Both the position numbers and the translations under genes were made by a program. Positions 1-12,217 of a DNA stretch of 64,000 nt are shown one piece after another (position 1 is the stretch's first letter; every line of letters begins with the position of its first letter). The notes beneath the pieces were generated by a model that searched no databases, was not told the DNA's origin, and worked only from the letters and a program-made list of their open reading frames with translations. Origin of the DNA: Toensbergia leucococca (lineage: Eukaryota); the NCBI GenBank assembly GCA_022813965.1, contig JALDZS010000007.1, forward strand, positions 62,001 to 126,000, given 5' to 3'.

Positions 1-894
1 ATTCGACAAGCTCGTAACGACAAGAGGAAAATTGTCTACATTGGCTTTGGTTCCATTGTCGTTTCTGATCCCGCCGCCCTAACGAAAACAGTTGTGGATT
101 CAGTCCTCAAAGCAGATGTCCGCTGCATCCTGTCTAAAGGTTGGTCTGATCGTCTTGGCAACAAGCAGGCCGCAGATCCTGAAGTACCTTTACCCCCTGA
201 AATCCTTCAGATTAAATCTGCTCCCCACGATTGGCTGTTCAAACAGATCGACGCGGCCGCTCATCATGGTGGAGCGGGCACCACTGGCGCGAGTTTAAGA
301 GCTGGAATACCGACGATCGTGAAACCCTTCTTTGGGGACCAGTTTTTTTTTGGGTCACGAGTAGAGGATCTCGGTGTAGGAATTTGTATGAAGAAATTGA
401 ACGTCAGCGTATTTTCACGCGCACTATGGGAGGCGACTCACAGTGAGAGGATGATCATCAAGGCAAAGGTCCTGGGTGAGCAAATCCGAAAGGTATGCTA
501 AAGTACACCCATTCCTGTTCATAGCTCCACACAAGTTTCTCTCTTACTCCGTGATACTCCTCGCTTCTAGCAATCACTGACCTGATACTCTGACACATAG
601 GAGGACGGCGTCGCAACTGCCATTCAAGCCATCTACCGTGATTTAGAGTACGCAAAGACGCTAATCAAGCGCCGGACTATGAATGCCGACAACGACACCT
701 TCGTGGCCGATGAGGAGAGCTGGACTTTCATCGGCGACGAGAGTGATCCGGACTTGGTGAAACACATTGCCGAGTGGGAGCCCATGTCACACATACCACA
801 CAGTGGAGACAAGCGGAGAGATATGCCTGGGACTGGGGAGAAGACGTGGCTGGGAAGGCACAGTTCGATAGGGAGGAGGGAGTCGGTACGGTAA
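1..894 (+). CDS. ATG26: Sterol 3-beta-glucosyltransferase, C-terminal part (5' truncated by window); exons <1-492 and 601-894
   Basis: Motifs [46 protein letters not shown]. The GTATGC...TAG intron 493-600 joins to [19 protein letters not shown]. Confidence 0.93.
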
Positions 895-2199
895 TGGGAA
901 TGGAGACGGACGTGATAATAATCGGAATGGAAGATGGAAACCCTTAACCTGAAGCAGGGAACAGAGACGGTGCATTTGACGGTGCGTGGGTTTGGGGCAG
1001 GCGAATACCTACGATACAATCTGGTTTACCTTCTTTACTTTTGGCGCATTGCTGCGTTCCGAGCGATATCCTAATACTACTTTGTCCCATATTAGGATTT
1101 TCTTGAAGGGGGACTGTTTTGTTTTCCTTTTTTTTGTGGACCGTCGCTTGAAACTCCTGTTACCTGTCCCCCTTTTTTGAAAGATACCTTGGAGATTCAT
1201 GTTTCCGTTGTTCCCATTTCGGACAGGCGTTTTTGGATGAGGGTTTCAGGGCGTAATTTCCCCCATTCTCTTTTCAAGTTTCTCTGTAGATTTTTAGAAA
1301 AGAATACTCATCCTGGCTTTCTGTGATTGGATGGATTTGACGGGGGGGCGCCTAGTTGGGGATCCTACCTACCATGGCTTGTTCGGAGATTTAGTTCGTA
1401 GAGGGTTTTTTTGGAGGGGGGGGTGGTTTTGAGCACATGCTATTTCAATTGATACTCTAAAAACCAACCCTTCCTACGGCGAAAGATTTTTCTCTTCTTG
1501 CGGTGCCAACACTCCAGATGAGAATCTTTTACCTTTTTTCCCCCTTTGACAAGACCGGCAGCACATCGACTTTGTGTATCTCCCAGCTCGCTCCATCTCG
1601 ACTGTCATCTTTTCCCATACTAAATTCCAAATATTCTGCTAATTCACCTGCGCACCCTAGCTCCCCCCCCGCAAAAGATTTAGTGAAGAGCATTTACCCA
1701 AACCAGCGGGCGAAACATATCAGCATCGAGCAGTCAGAAGAAACCGCATGTTGGGCGGGAAAATAAATAGATATTCATTCCACATCAACACACGCCCTAT
1801 CTAAATCGATCGCACGCTCACCACAATCAAACCTACCTAACTTACACGCTCAAAACCTCCTCAACAAAAAAGATCTCCCCCCAATCTCGCTCGTATCATT
1901 CAAAGATAACCGGGCACAAAATCCCTCCCTCGGGGCTTCCACAAAAAGGTATTTCAAAAAAGCCGACCCGAATCCGCGACCATGCATTCGAAAAACAAAG
2001 CCGACCCGTCATCGGCGCCATCGCCAGCCAAGTTAAGACAAGACAGACAGAACAGACGCCAACGCTCCGCCAAAGGAATAAAAGATCGCAAAGAAGCTAG
2101 CCAGCCGCGCCAGGAACGACGGACAAGGCACGCAGGTAAGCTCTTTCTATTTCGAAAAATCGAAAAGGAAAAGAGCCTGCGTCCTCTCAACAGAATGAA

Positions 2200-4945
2200 C
2201 TATCCCTCGCCGCGATCTTCGCTTGCAGCCATTTGCATTTCGGCCTCAAGTTCTCCAGCCTTTTGCATCTCAGCCTCGAGGTCATCTTCAAAGTCATTCC
2301 ATCCGTCCCCATCAGTCGCCTTTCCGTCTTCGTCTTCATTGTCGTCTTCTGCAGCTCCGCCATTCTCGCCTTCCTCTGCAGTGGTAGGCTCCGGTGTCGG
2401 CAAGCCGGATGTACCACCTGCACCAGTAGCTTCGGTTTGATTGAGATTTGTGGGCCGTGAAAAAGCAAGCTTTTTTCTGCCCTGGAGCTGCGAGCCATCT
2501 TCAGCGTCAGAGGTTATTTCCTCTCGGTTTCGCTTCTTGCCGCGCTTGCTTTTGGAAGCCGTCTCGCTTGCTTCACTTCGCTGACTGTCATCGCTAGTCA
2601 CGCTGTCGCCGTCGCCGTCGCTGTCATCGTCGTCGCTGCCTAGGAAGTCATTGACCTCGTCATGCATGCGTTTCCAATCATCGTCATTGCCGCCGATAGG
2701 CGAGGTATTATCGTCATCAATGGGTAGAAGTAGATCGGCGTCATTCTCGTCATCGGTCTCTTGGCTAGTGTCAATAGTCAACGTATGTTTGGATTTGATT
2801 TGTGCATTCTGCAGCGTCATGTCGTCGTCCTCGGTCTCAACCCCACTCGCAACATCCTCACTTTCGCTTAGGACTTCGTCATCCTCCCCGTCACCACTTT
2901 TACCCGAACCCGTATCCCCCTCGTCGACATTTAGCAGATAGGTCTGCTCATCTACATGTCTCCATGCACTGATAGAGTCCATCAACCATTGCGGCCCCAC
3001 AACCTTGATTCTCCCCTTTCCCTTCTTCGCGGCTGTTCTGACTTTCGCCGTCCGATTCCTGGCAGCAATTACATGGGTGGTCCTCCTACCTACATGCTCC
3101 TCGACCCTGGCACCAAAAGTCTTCGCCCATAGTGCTATATCACAATTCTGGATATCTGTGCCGATCGGAACAACACCGGAGAAAACAATCACAACTCCTT
3201 TGAGGACGCGATGTTTAATCTGTGGCATGATGATCTTCACGTCGGGGACCATATCGAAGTCAATGCTATCATTTGCTGGGACCTTGCGCTTGTGGCTTTT
3301 CTGATCACCGCGCAGTTCGGCCAAACGGCCGCCAGTTGCAGCAGCTAGTTTGCGCGTGTAAGCGTCAAAGAACTCGGTGTGTACTCTGCGAAGTGATTGC
3401 TCAAGGTTGAATAGTTCGCGATCGTGATCTTGAAGGAGGTTGTGGCGAGACTTCCCGGAATCGCTGGAGATTGAGCCATCTGAAGTAGTGGTTGTACTTA
3501 ATTCGGTTTCGTTGACCGGAGAAGACCCCAAAGCGGCATCTTCGGCTTCTAATTTCAGTTGTCTCTGGAGCAGAGGCCGATCTTGGAGTTGTGCCGCGAT
3601 CAGCTCATCCTGGTGGCTGGTCTGAACTTCTAGTACTGCTAGGTCATCGCCACCTCCCATGGATACTAGCTGCTCCAATGCTGTCACGGTAACGCTAGTA
3701 GATTCCTCAGGACGGTTCGGAGATAATGGATCTGCATGGTCTTTTGCGCTTCCATTGGTCTTGGGCTCTGCTTCATTCGCGGGTGTCGCTTCGGTAAGGT
3801 CTTGCGCATCCGGGACTGCAACGGGCATTGGTTTTGGGGATGTCTTCAATTCTGGCTTCTTGGGTAGGAAACTTGAATTGATATCTCCGATACCAACGAA
3901 AAAGTCGTAGGGTGAAACCTTGATCAGGTTATTGTTCCATTGCCACACATCTCCTCGATCGTCGATAATGACTACCATCTTGGTGTCTACTGGGAACAAG
4001 CGCTGCAGATTCTTGGCGACCAAGCTCCCACTCTCATCTCGGCTAAGTATCCGGTCCCCGAATATCTTGCGCTCGGGATCGATTATGTTGGCAATGTTCT
4101 GTGCGTATGCTCTTGTTCCCATGGTATATATGTGCAACTCGTAGATCTTTGAAACATTTTCCAGAAATTCATTCAGACCAGGTCGAAGCTTGATATAATA
4201 CCAACATCCTTTTGCACCGGGTCCATCGTCCACCAGCTGAAAAGCCCGAACATCCTTCACGGCATTATGATTAGGATTGTCTGTGTCTTTCTTCCACTCC
4301 GCCACTGTGGGGTCTACCGTGGCGTGTATAATTGTCTGGTCCAGATCGACCACGAGTGACAGCTTTTTCGAGGACAGTAGACGCCTCTTTGCTTCTTCTT
4401 CGACTTTGGATGCTTCGCTTTGGCTAACCGTGAGGTGGACATTGGCATGGACCATCTTGATGGTGGCGCGGTTAGTATCCGCCTGTTCTGTATTGTAATC
4501 AATCCTGTAATTAGGGTGTATCAGCAAGCATCTTCTAGTATGAGAGCAGAGAATCATACTGGGTCATGTCCTTCTGGCAAGTGACACACATGCCACCAAA
4601 CTGCATGCCATGGTCACATGGCTCTTCTATCTCCACTATATGAATGCTACGACTATATCAGTAACGCGACGTGATTGGTGGATCGACGACTTACCCTGCA
4701 TCCGTCAGAAGGGCGCCTTTGGCAATCTTCCAGATCTTCAGCACGCCCTCCGTGGTGGATTCGAATACGGCTGGAAACGTCTTCTCGACCTGAAATTCAT
4801 TACCCAGATTGTCACCTTCGGTCACGGTGGTCTTATAGGAGTACTTGAACAGCGGTGCGAACCTCTCGACATTGTCGTTTGGTTGCTTCAGCAGCTCGGT
4901 GACGGTGATTGGGTAATGGAGGGTGTGCGGGAGCTTTAGCAGCAT
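2200..4945 (-). CDS. FCP1: RNA polymerase II CTD phosphatase Fcp1 (FCPH + BRCT, acidic tail); 2 introns near the 5' end
   Basis: LVVDLDQTIIHAT catalytic DxDxT motif, YYIKLRPGL, BRCT region (VIVFSGVVP...WLMDSISAW), N-terminal MLLKLPHTLHYPITV exon and EEPCDHGMQFGGMC exon. Confidence 0.95.
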
Positions 4946-5529
4946 CGATGGCAATCTCAATGTACACTAGCTAGGAAGACGACATGGAGATTCAAGAGTT
5001 CGATGGATGACGTCGGGTATGTGCTTGGCTTGCGATTAGATGTTGTTTGGTATCAATCCTAGGAAGCGTGCGGAATTTGCGTCTCTTATAAAGAAAGAGA
5101 ACAAGGGCGAGTGGGGTACTAGTGGGCGACAAGTGGCGTAGTGTTAGATGTTTGATAATGGTGTTGTTGATGATGCTGAAATTTGAATTTGATATTGAGA
5201 TCCTTCTGAAGTCGCTTAGCTCGCCTACAGGCAAAGAAAGTGGGGGGCTTGATGTTTTTGTACTTTTTCAAACCAGGCTAACGGCTTAGCTGCCGCGAAT
5301 GACAGGGGAAAGCGGAATTTAAGCTCGGTTTCCGCTTGCAGCCCTAACGCATTATGCATCGAGCCGTACAACATACCCTGACTTCACGGATACTACGTGT
5401 ACTTTGTTCACCACCATGGAAATATCTATCATGTTCATGGATTGCCAGCGCCTTGCTGGACCTAAAGATTAGAAATGCACAAGAATATAAAACGCCCCCT
5501 GAAGATATTTATCACAAAGACATTGTTCA

Positions 5530-6353
5530 TTAGCCGTTCGGTATTAATTTCCTTTCATCAACTTCAGCCTCTCCATGCTCAGCCTTTTCCTTCCGTTTCT
5601 GAGTGACATCCCAATTGTACACTCTTGCCGTCGCTACTTCCAGCGTCTAGTGACATAATCAGGTGTGTTCCAAAGCTGATGCCAGATCATTGGCTTACCG
5701 TGATTTGCTCTCTCAGGAAATCTAGATCCTCCTCACAATTAGTCAGATTCTGTCTAGCGGCTGAGAGCTTCGACTCTAGCAATGTTTCTGCCTCGGAAAT
5801 GGGGTATGAAAGCATCACGTTTGCGCCGAGCCACAGGTATACTTCGTCGGTAGCTGGGACCAATGCTTTAGCGTAGAGGGTGTCGTTAAGCTCGAAAGTC
5901 GTCTCAATAGGGTCAGAGCCTGGCTGGACATGCATGGAATCAGCACATAGATCAGAGCTCCTTCAACGGGGAAAAGACTGACCTTCTGCGTCTTCAGAAA
6001 TTGGACCACATCTAGGGACTTTTGTATGTCTGGTATTTTATCCTTTAATCCTGCCCCTCGCCTTTGTGTATTGACCTCCATGAACTGGTATTTCCTGTGC
6101 ACGCAAACCGCTATTAGGCATGCTCGGATGATCGATGAAGCAAACTCGGGAGCAAAGCATACGATATCATTTCCTGGAAACTTTTCATGGTACCATCAAC
6201 CTCGGCTCTCGACGAGACATAATCCTCGACTCTGTCAACAAACGGCGCATGAGGTATGCCTCTAGGATTTGTCGGCGCATCTTTGCTGCTATTGTTCAGC
6301 ATATGACTCCGAGTATATATGTAGATGCTTCACCTCTTTGCCTTACTAGACAT
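5530..6353 (-). CDS. PAC10: Prefoldin subunit 3 (VBP1/Gim2/Pac10), multi-exon
   Basis: Exon peptides TNPRGIPHAPFVDRVEDYV, KYQFME, TTFELNDTLYAKA, VYLWLGANVMLSYP, DLDFLREQIT, TLEVATARVYNWDV; stop TAA at 5530-5532. Confidence 0.93.
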
Positions 6354-6561
6354 GTCCTTGCGACGTTTTAAAGGCTTGTACCAGGCTGTGTGACATACAA
6401 AATAGTCGTATGAGGTTGAAGCAAGGCGGGAAGAGCCGAATTTCTAATGTGCAATGACGGAGTGACGCAGGCCGGCAGAAAATCTCATGATGCAAACAAA
6501 AATAATTATTGTGAACCCTGACATGAGTTGAGCCACATCTGCATCCTTTTCTATTAATTCG

Positions 6562-7551
6562 ATGCTCTCAAAAGTACTGCGTTGTTCGCAGTTCTACCCT
6601 GGGCGACAGCAAGCCTCAGTCTTGCTATGTCAGCAAGCTTTTAAGCCCACCTACGCCTATCGCCGTCTTCGCTACTCCTCTACGACACATTCAATTAGCT
6701 CATCCAGTCTTCCTTCTCGCCTGAATCCCCCGGTCAGTACGCGACCTCCACCTCTCGAAGCACCCACGCGTACCTCCGATCAGTCAGCTCCAAGCTACTA
6801 TTTTCAGCTTGGTCGCGCCTATCTTACATTCTATAAAACGGGCCTCAAGGCAGTGTATACCAACTTTCAAATTTCCCGAAGTCTACTTTCGCGGCTACCA
6901 TCCTCAACAACCCTGCCACTCGCAGTCTCAGGGGGACTAATTTCCCGTGCGGAATTGCAGCTCATCAAGCGTAGCCGACATGATGTGGCGCGCATCCCGC
7001 TGTTCGCATTGGTGGTAATGGTGTGTGGGGAATTTACACCTCTAGTGGTTTTGTTTATAGCAGGTGTGGTGCCAGGTACATGTCGGATTCCCAAACAAAT
7101 TCAGGGATCAAGGGAGAAATTAGAGGAGAGAAGGAGAAGGAGCTTCAGGGAAGGAACTCTCGACAGTCGGAATGCGGGTGACAGAAGCGTCAAGGATTTA
7201 GAGAAAAATGAAATAATGCACGTGGGGAGAAGTCTTGGATTGTACTCTTCGTTGTGGGATCAATCACGGGACGCAGGACTAGTAGGCTTTCCACTGGGAT
7301 TACTGAGAGGGAGGGTGAGCAGGGAGGTAGTGGCTTTGGAGATGGACGATTATGCGATCAAAAGAGATGGTGGGGTAGGGGGTATGGATAGCGAAGAAGT
7401 CAGGATTGCAGCAGAGGCGCGGGGACTCGATGTCTTGGGAAAGAACGACGGGCAGCTAAAGAAGTTGCTGAACGCTTGGCTGCAGGCGAAAGAAGCCCAC
7501 TCGATTACAAAGCTACTTTTAACGAGGCCGTCCGTCTGGCAGAAGGAATAG
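6562..7551 (+). CDS. LETM1-like mitochondrial inner-membrane protein (intronless)
   Basis: Arg/Ser-rich presequence-like N-terminus, YLTFYKTGLK, SRAELQLIKRSRHDVARIPLF...CGEFTPLVV...PGTC, and LEMDDYAI...ARGL, typical of LETM1-like domains. Confidence 0.75.
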   Translation: MLSKVLRCSQFYPGRQQASVLLCQQAFKPTYAYRRLRYSSTTHSISSSSLPSRLNPPVSTRPPPLEAPTRTSDQSAPSYYFQLGRAYLTFYKTGLKAVYTNFQISRSLLSRLPSSTTLPLAVSGGLISRAELQLIKRSRHDVARIPLFALVVMVCGEFTPLVVLFIAGVVPGTCRIPKQIQGSREKLEERRRRSFREGTLDSRNAGDRSVKDLEKNEIMHVGRSLGLYSSLWDQSRDAGLVGFPLGLLRGRVSREVVALEMDDYAIKRDGGVGGMDSEEVRIAAEARGLDVLGKNDGQLKKLLNAWLQAKEAHSITKLLLTRPSVWQKE

Positions 7552-7747
7552 TCACTATTCATCCATACCTGCGAAGCGCATAGCTGAAATATGAATATTC
7601 ATTTGGCAGATCGAAATAGCTTAAGAGATTGATCCAAATCTTCATGCTGTATCCATCCTCACTCCCATTTCAAAACTCAAGAGTTACAGACTATGCTTTG
7701 TGCCCCGAGACATGCAAGCCCGCAAAATGTCATACAAGGACGAACCG

Positions 7748-8454
7748 TTAAGTAACATGTTCAGGACCAAAACCACCATAAATGTAAGGCGATCCGGGTG
7801 CTGTCGATGAAAGTATTTAGTATGAAATGATTCTGTCAGTGATGCTTAGCACTCACGTGTGAAATCTATATTGCACCTTCCACTCCTTCTACTGTCTTGA
7901 ACAGTGCAACCATAGCAAAAGTGGCTGTCACAAAACGCGTTGGTGATACATCCAATGTCAACACATGCTTGATCTTCCTTTTTCATAAGGTTAGGTCGGG
8001 GACTTGTTTGAGTCTGGCTTTGTGGTGCAAGCTGCGGCAGCAAGTGTTGCGCGGGATTCATCAGGGCCTCGAGGTCTATGACATTGCGTCCGTCAACATC
8101 CTTGTAGTGCTCCTTTATGGCCTCGTAGTCTGGGAAGCGGGCGTTGAGCTGATCGATTTCGTCGGGATGGAGCGGTGCGTAGTTCAGCACGGTGAAGTTT
8201 TCAGAGAACGATCTCAGTACACCGTCGTCGCCAAGGTGGATGACGCCCATCGGGTCCAGTTGCCATTCGCCAGCAGCCATCAACGAGTTCAATTCATGCT
8301 ATAAACGTCAGCAGTGTTCGATAGTAAGAAGGGAAATCCTCGCCGTTGGAGCAGCGCAGACAGATCCAACAAGAATGCTTGTTAGCATCAGGAACTTGAC
8401 AACGCTGATGAATGTAAGGCGCCTCGTTAAGTGGAGCTGTGAAAGAGAGTGCAT
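7748..8454 (-). CDS. Uncharacterised secreted pre-pro-protein with C-terminal cysteine-knot-like peptide; predicted introns 8299-8343 (GC-AG) and 7801-7856
   Basis: Hydrophobic leader ending SVCA-AP, 148-codon core ORF 7846-8292 with HLGDDGVLRSF and DVDGRNV segments, dibasic KK, then C-x4-C-x5-C-x4-C-x2-C-x10-C. Confidence 0.7.
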
Positions 8455-8857
8455 GATGTTAGACATTCTTAGCAAATTCCAAAGCAAGTCAAATATGATG
8501 ATGAAAGACTAGATATTATGGATGAGAGAAAGAAACCAGCTCAAAATTCTCCTTAAGTACTGCCTTCAAATGTTGAAGTGAAGAGCGAAGGATAGATCAT
8601 CTGCTGTACATGAATGAAGCCTCTGTTGTGAATGATCAATGCTGCTTAAGAGCTTGGCTTCTAGGGCATGGGTAGCCAGACGAGAGACAGCATGCTAAGA
8701 TGGAAGCATTCCCGCTCTAATGTAATATGGGGAGTTACTGTACAATAATTAACGCCTGCTTGGGTCATACATCCGAGTCCATCAACAAAAGACCAATATG
8801 TAATCACCATTCATGGGATAGATCACCTGTCGTCTCAGGGCAGACTTGTCACTATGC

Positions 8858-11848
8858 TTATTGTTTCCACTTTGTTAGCTGCCCAATGATATTTTGGACG
8901 TGATGTTGTTGCCCAGGTCCTTGTTGCTGCTGCATAAATTGTTGAGGTAGTCTGTTGCAATTAGTGACGTTTGCGCGTAACGCAACGAGAGCAGAGACGT
9001 TTACGTACACAGGATTGAAGGCTGTTGCATTATACGGCTGTTGAGGGGGTGCTTGCGCAAAATGGTATCCTTGCTGCTGCGGTACCTGCTGACGAGTAAC
9101 ATTGCCGAGGAGGGCAGCCAAGTCTGGAGCTTGAGCCGGCGGGGGCTGCTGCTGCAGACTGTGTTGAAGACTATTCTGATGCTGAGGTTGTGAGGGTTGA
9201 GGGTTCTGCGCAATTGCACCAAGAAGTTTCTGAAGAGCGGGCCCATCTAGTGAGGTGATCAAATTGGCAAGATTAGGGGGCGCTGTGGCTTGCTGTGGCT
9301 GTTGCGGAGGCACTTGTTGTAGATTCTGGCCGTATTGTGGTGCTCCATAAGATGGGGGTACAGAGTACTGCATTGGCGGTTGTGCGGAATGTACGTTTTT
9401 CGCTCTTACAACAAGTTCTGCTGCGATATTGACATCGAGATCGTCGAATTCTGAAGGGTGAGTTAGCGTCGGGCCTCGGATCTGAAGCAGAAGCGTTAAG
9501 TTACCATCGAAGCGGACATTGTCTGCCCCTGCACTCCGGTCGAATACTTGGAGAGGTACCTTGCCCGTCACTTGAGACTGATGATAGACCTTGACAACGG
9601 CTTGGACTCCTTCAAGTATTTGTCTCTTTATTACCGCGGCAAGAGAGGCTCGGGGTAACTGGAGGACATCACAGCGAAGCCCACGATCGCGGAACGATTT
9701 TTCTATGTAGGCAACGAAAGTCCTGCACTGATATTTAGCTCAGATTCCTAAACACAAAGAAGGATCGCACTAACCTATCCACCTCTTCAATCAAAATCAA
9801 TTGAACGTCTGGTACATCCCTTGGATCCCTTCGTAACAATGGCAAATCTGCATCCTCGTCATATTCCCGACCTCTCGGGCTTCGACTCCTGTTTCCCCCG
9901 TTCCATCCATAGGGTGATCTCGACCGACTCGGTCGACTATAGAAAACCCGTTCTGGGCTTCTGTCTCGTCCACCACGATACTCGTCGCGGCCCCGAAAAC
10001 CCCTTGGAGAGGGCGAACGTCGAGGGCGATAATCATCTCTACGTCTTGGCTCATCCCGAAAGTCACTGAACGGAACACCCCTCTCAATTCGGTCCCCACT
10101 ACTTCGTTGTCCTGATCCACGTGGTGCTGCTCCACGACCAAAATCTGGGGAGCGTGATCTTCGACCGTAGCCAGCCCTCAAATTATCCCCAGCAACTGTG
10201 GCGACAGCGTTACGGGAATTTTTCTGAGGCTTCGATATCTCGAGATCTGTGGTCCTGTCAGAGCGCAATGATACCTTTGTCAGCATAGAGGTTTTTCATA
10301 CGCATTTTCCTTGATCGGAGAGACATTCCTTGCTCAGCTTGCATTGCCCGATGGCAGCAGACTGAATCAAGATACTGGATGAAACCATATGCTTGCTTAA
10401 TTGATACTTGAGCCAGTTTGCCATATTTATGGAAAACGTAAAAGAGGTCGCGTTTTGAGACCTTCTCGGTGTAAAGATTTCCTGTGACCCTTGAGATGAG
10501 CACAGCTTTCGTTCATGTGCACTAGAGTTAGAACCCACGTACCAACGAAAAGTCTAGAGCCCGAAGGAAATCTATCCCATAATCCCTCGCTTACGAAGAC
10601 TCCTTCATCGTGGAGGAATTCGCCATACCTTCTCTCCATTTCATGACTCCATGGAGGATCATCATCGTTATCCGCTGATAAAGCAGATCTTGCACCGTTC
10701 CTTCCTGGAGCATCGCTTGGACGATGTTGCTGATTGAGGGGGCTACGTTGCGATTGATTGGATTTTGGTTGAGGTTGCTGGAAGGTCGCAAGGGGTGGAG
10801 GCGGTAAGCCGTTTGGAGCGGAAGAAGTACCCGGGGCACCACCAGCAACGATAGGATGGGGATAATTTGGTGACGGTCGATATGAATTACTTGGCTGGGA
10901 GGAATAGGAGGCATGGGCGTTTGAGTTCTGAGTATGAGGATAGTGATAGGATCTTATGTCTTCTCCAGGGGTGTAATTAGGGTGAATGGCAGGCTTTTCT
11001 TGTGGTGGTGGGCGTGGTGGGAGACCCACGGGCGTGGGAAGAGCTGCAATTGGGGAATCGGCGTTACTTAGGCTGGCTTCATTGACATTGTCAGCCGGAG
11101 GGGATGTCGTGGAAGAGACGTTGTTTTCTGCGCCGGGAGTTGTGGCAATGGAAGGGGATAGATTATCCAACAGAGTTTGGTAATTCACACCTCCATCAAT
11201 TACATCAGAGTGCGCTTCTCGCACTGGGGCATTGCTATCCGACGTTGAATCATGATCTGTTACACGAAATGTCGCAGTTTGACCATCGGTCACGGAATAG
11301 AGTTGGGAGGGCTCATTGGGGTTTTTGATGTGGTCTGGAAGAGCTCCGGAGGGATTGTGAAGGTGGCTTGGAGGCACTGTCGAAGGGTCTTGCTGCGTAG
11401 GAGTGGAGAAATGTTCATAAGCAGCCACAAACGTTGGAGGGTGTATGGAAGACGAAGATAATTGGGATTGCAAATTATTAGAAGTCTCCTCCTGCTCTTT
11501 ATCTTCCTCTATACCCTCGTCTTCGTTTGTCATGACATAATCGATGTCTTCTTCCTCTACGGCACCTTGATTATCTCTGAGCCCGTCACCTTCAAGGAAC
11601 CTATTGTCAGAGGTAGGACGTAATTCGCCCACACTATCATGACTTGAAGCATCAAACCCCAGGGTTGATGAGTATCCTGAGTTATGAGAAGGCTCCATGT
11701 GTGTGGACATTTGGTTAAAAATGGGGTCAATCTGGTTTTGAAGGACGGGTATACTTGATGGCTCCGGGATGTGAAGAGGGAGTGGACTTTCTGGTGTCAA
11801 TGTCTTTCCACGGAAGTAAGGGGCGTCCGACGGAGGACTGAAAGTCAT
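8858..11848 (-). CDS. RRM RNA-binding protein, Nab3-like (Pro/Ser-rich N-terminus, RRM, RS/RD-rich linker, NCOA5-like domain, Gln-rich tail); 4 predicted introns
   Basis: SRLFVG|NLYTEKVSKRDLFYVFHKYGKLAQVSIKQAYGFIQY (RNP2/RNP1), HLEISKPQK, RSRSP repeats, VPDVQLILIEEVDR, Q-rich C-terminus. Confidence 0.85.
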
Positions 11849-12217
11849 AGATGCGTTGAAAATGTATGGCAGGGAAGAATTTACAACATGGCTTGTCGCT
11901 TGGGAAGAGTCATAAAGAAGTCGATTCGTGGTGGCAACATGGTCTGCGAATGTAACTATGAAAGTAATTTGGTATGGTCTAGGACTAGAGCTTGAAGGAC
12001 CAGAATGATTTGGGTGCGTGATCTTAAGGTCTCGGCGTGTTTGAGGTTACAAGATTAATGGGCGCAAGGCTTTGAAAGTGAGGTTGTTCCAAACTTCAGG
12101 AAAATCCAATGAGCTACAACACTAGCGTCATCACGTGTGTCCTCCTCAGATTTCCAGACAGCCTTGGCAGAACTAAATCGATGGTGTTGACTCCCAATGA
12201 TGCGCTGAGGATCAGCC

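Noticed and set aside
1982..2440. 152-aa plus-strand ORF overlapping the FCP1 3' end
   Set aside because: Largely the antisense shadow of the acidic FCP1 tail; low complexity and no recognisable domain.
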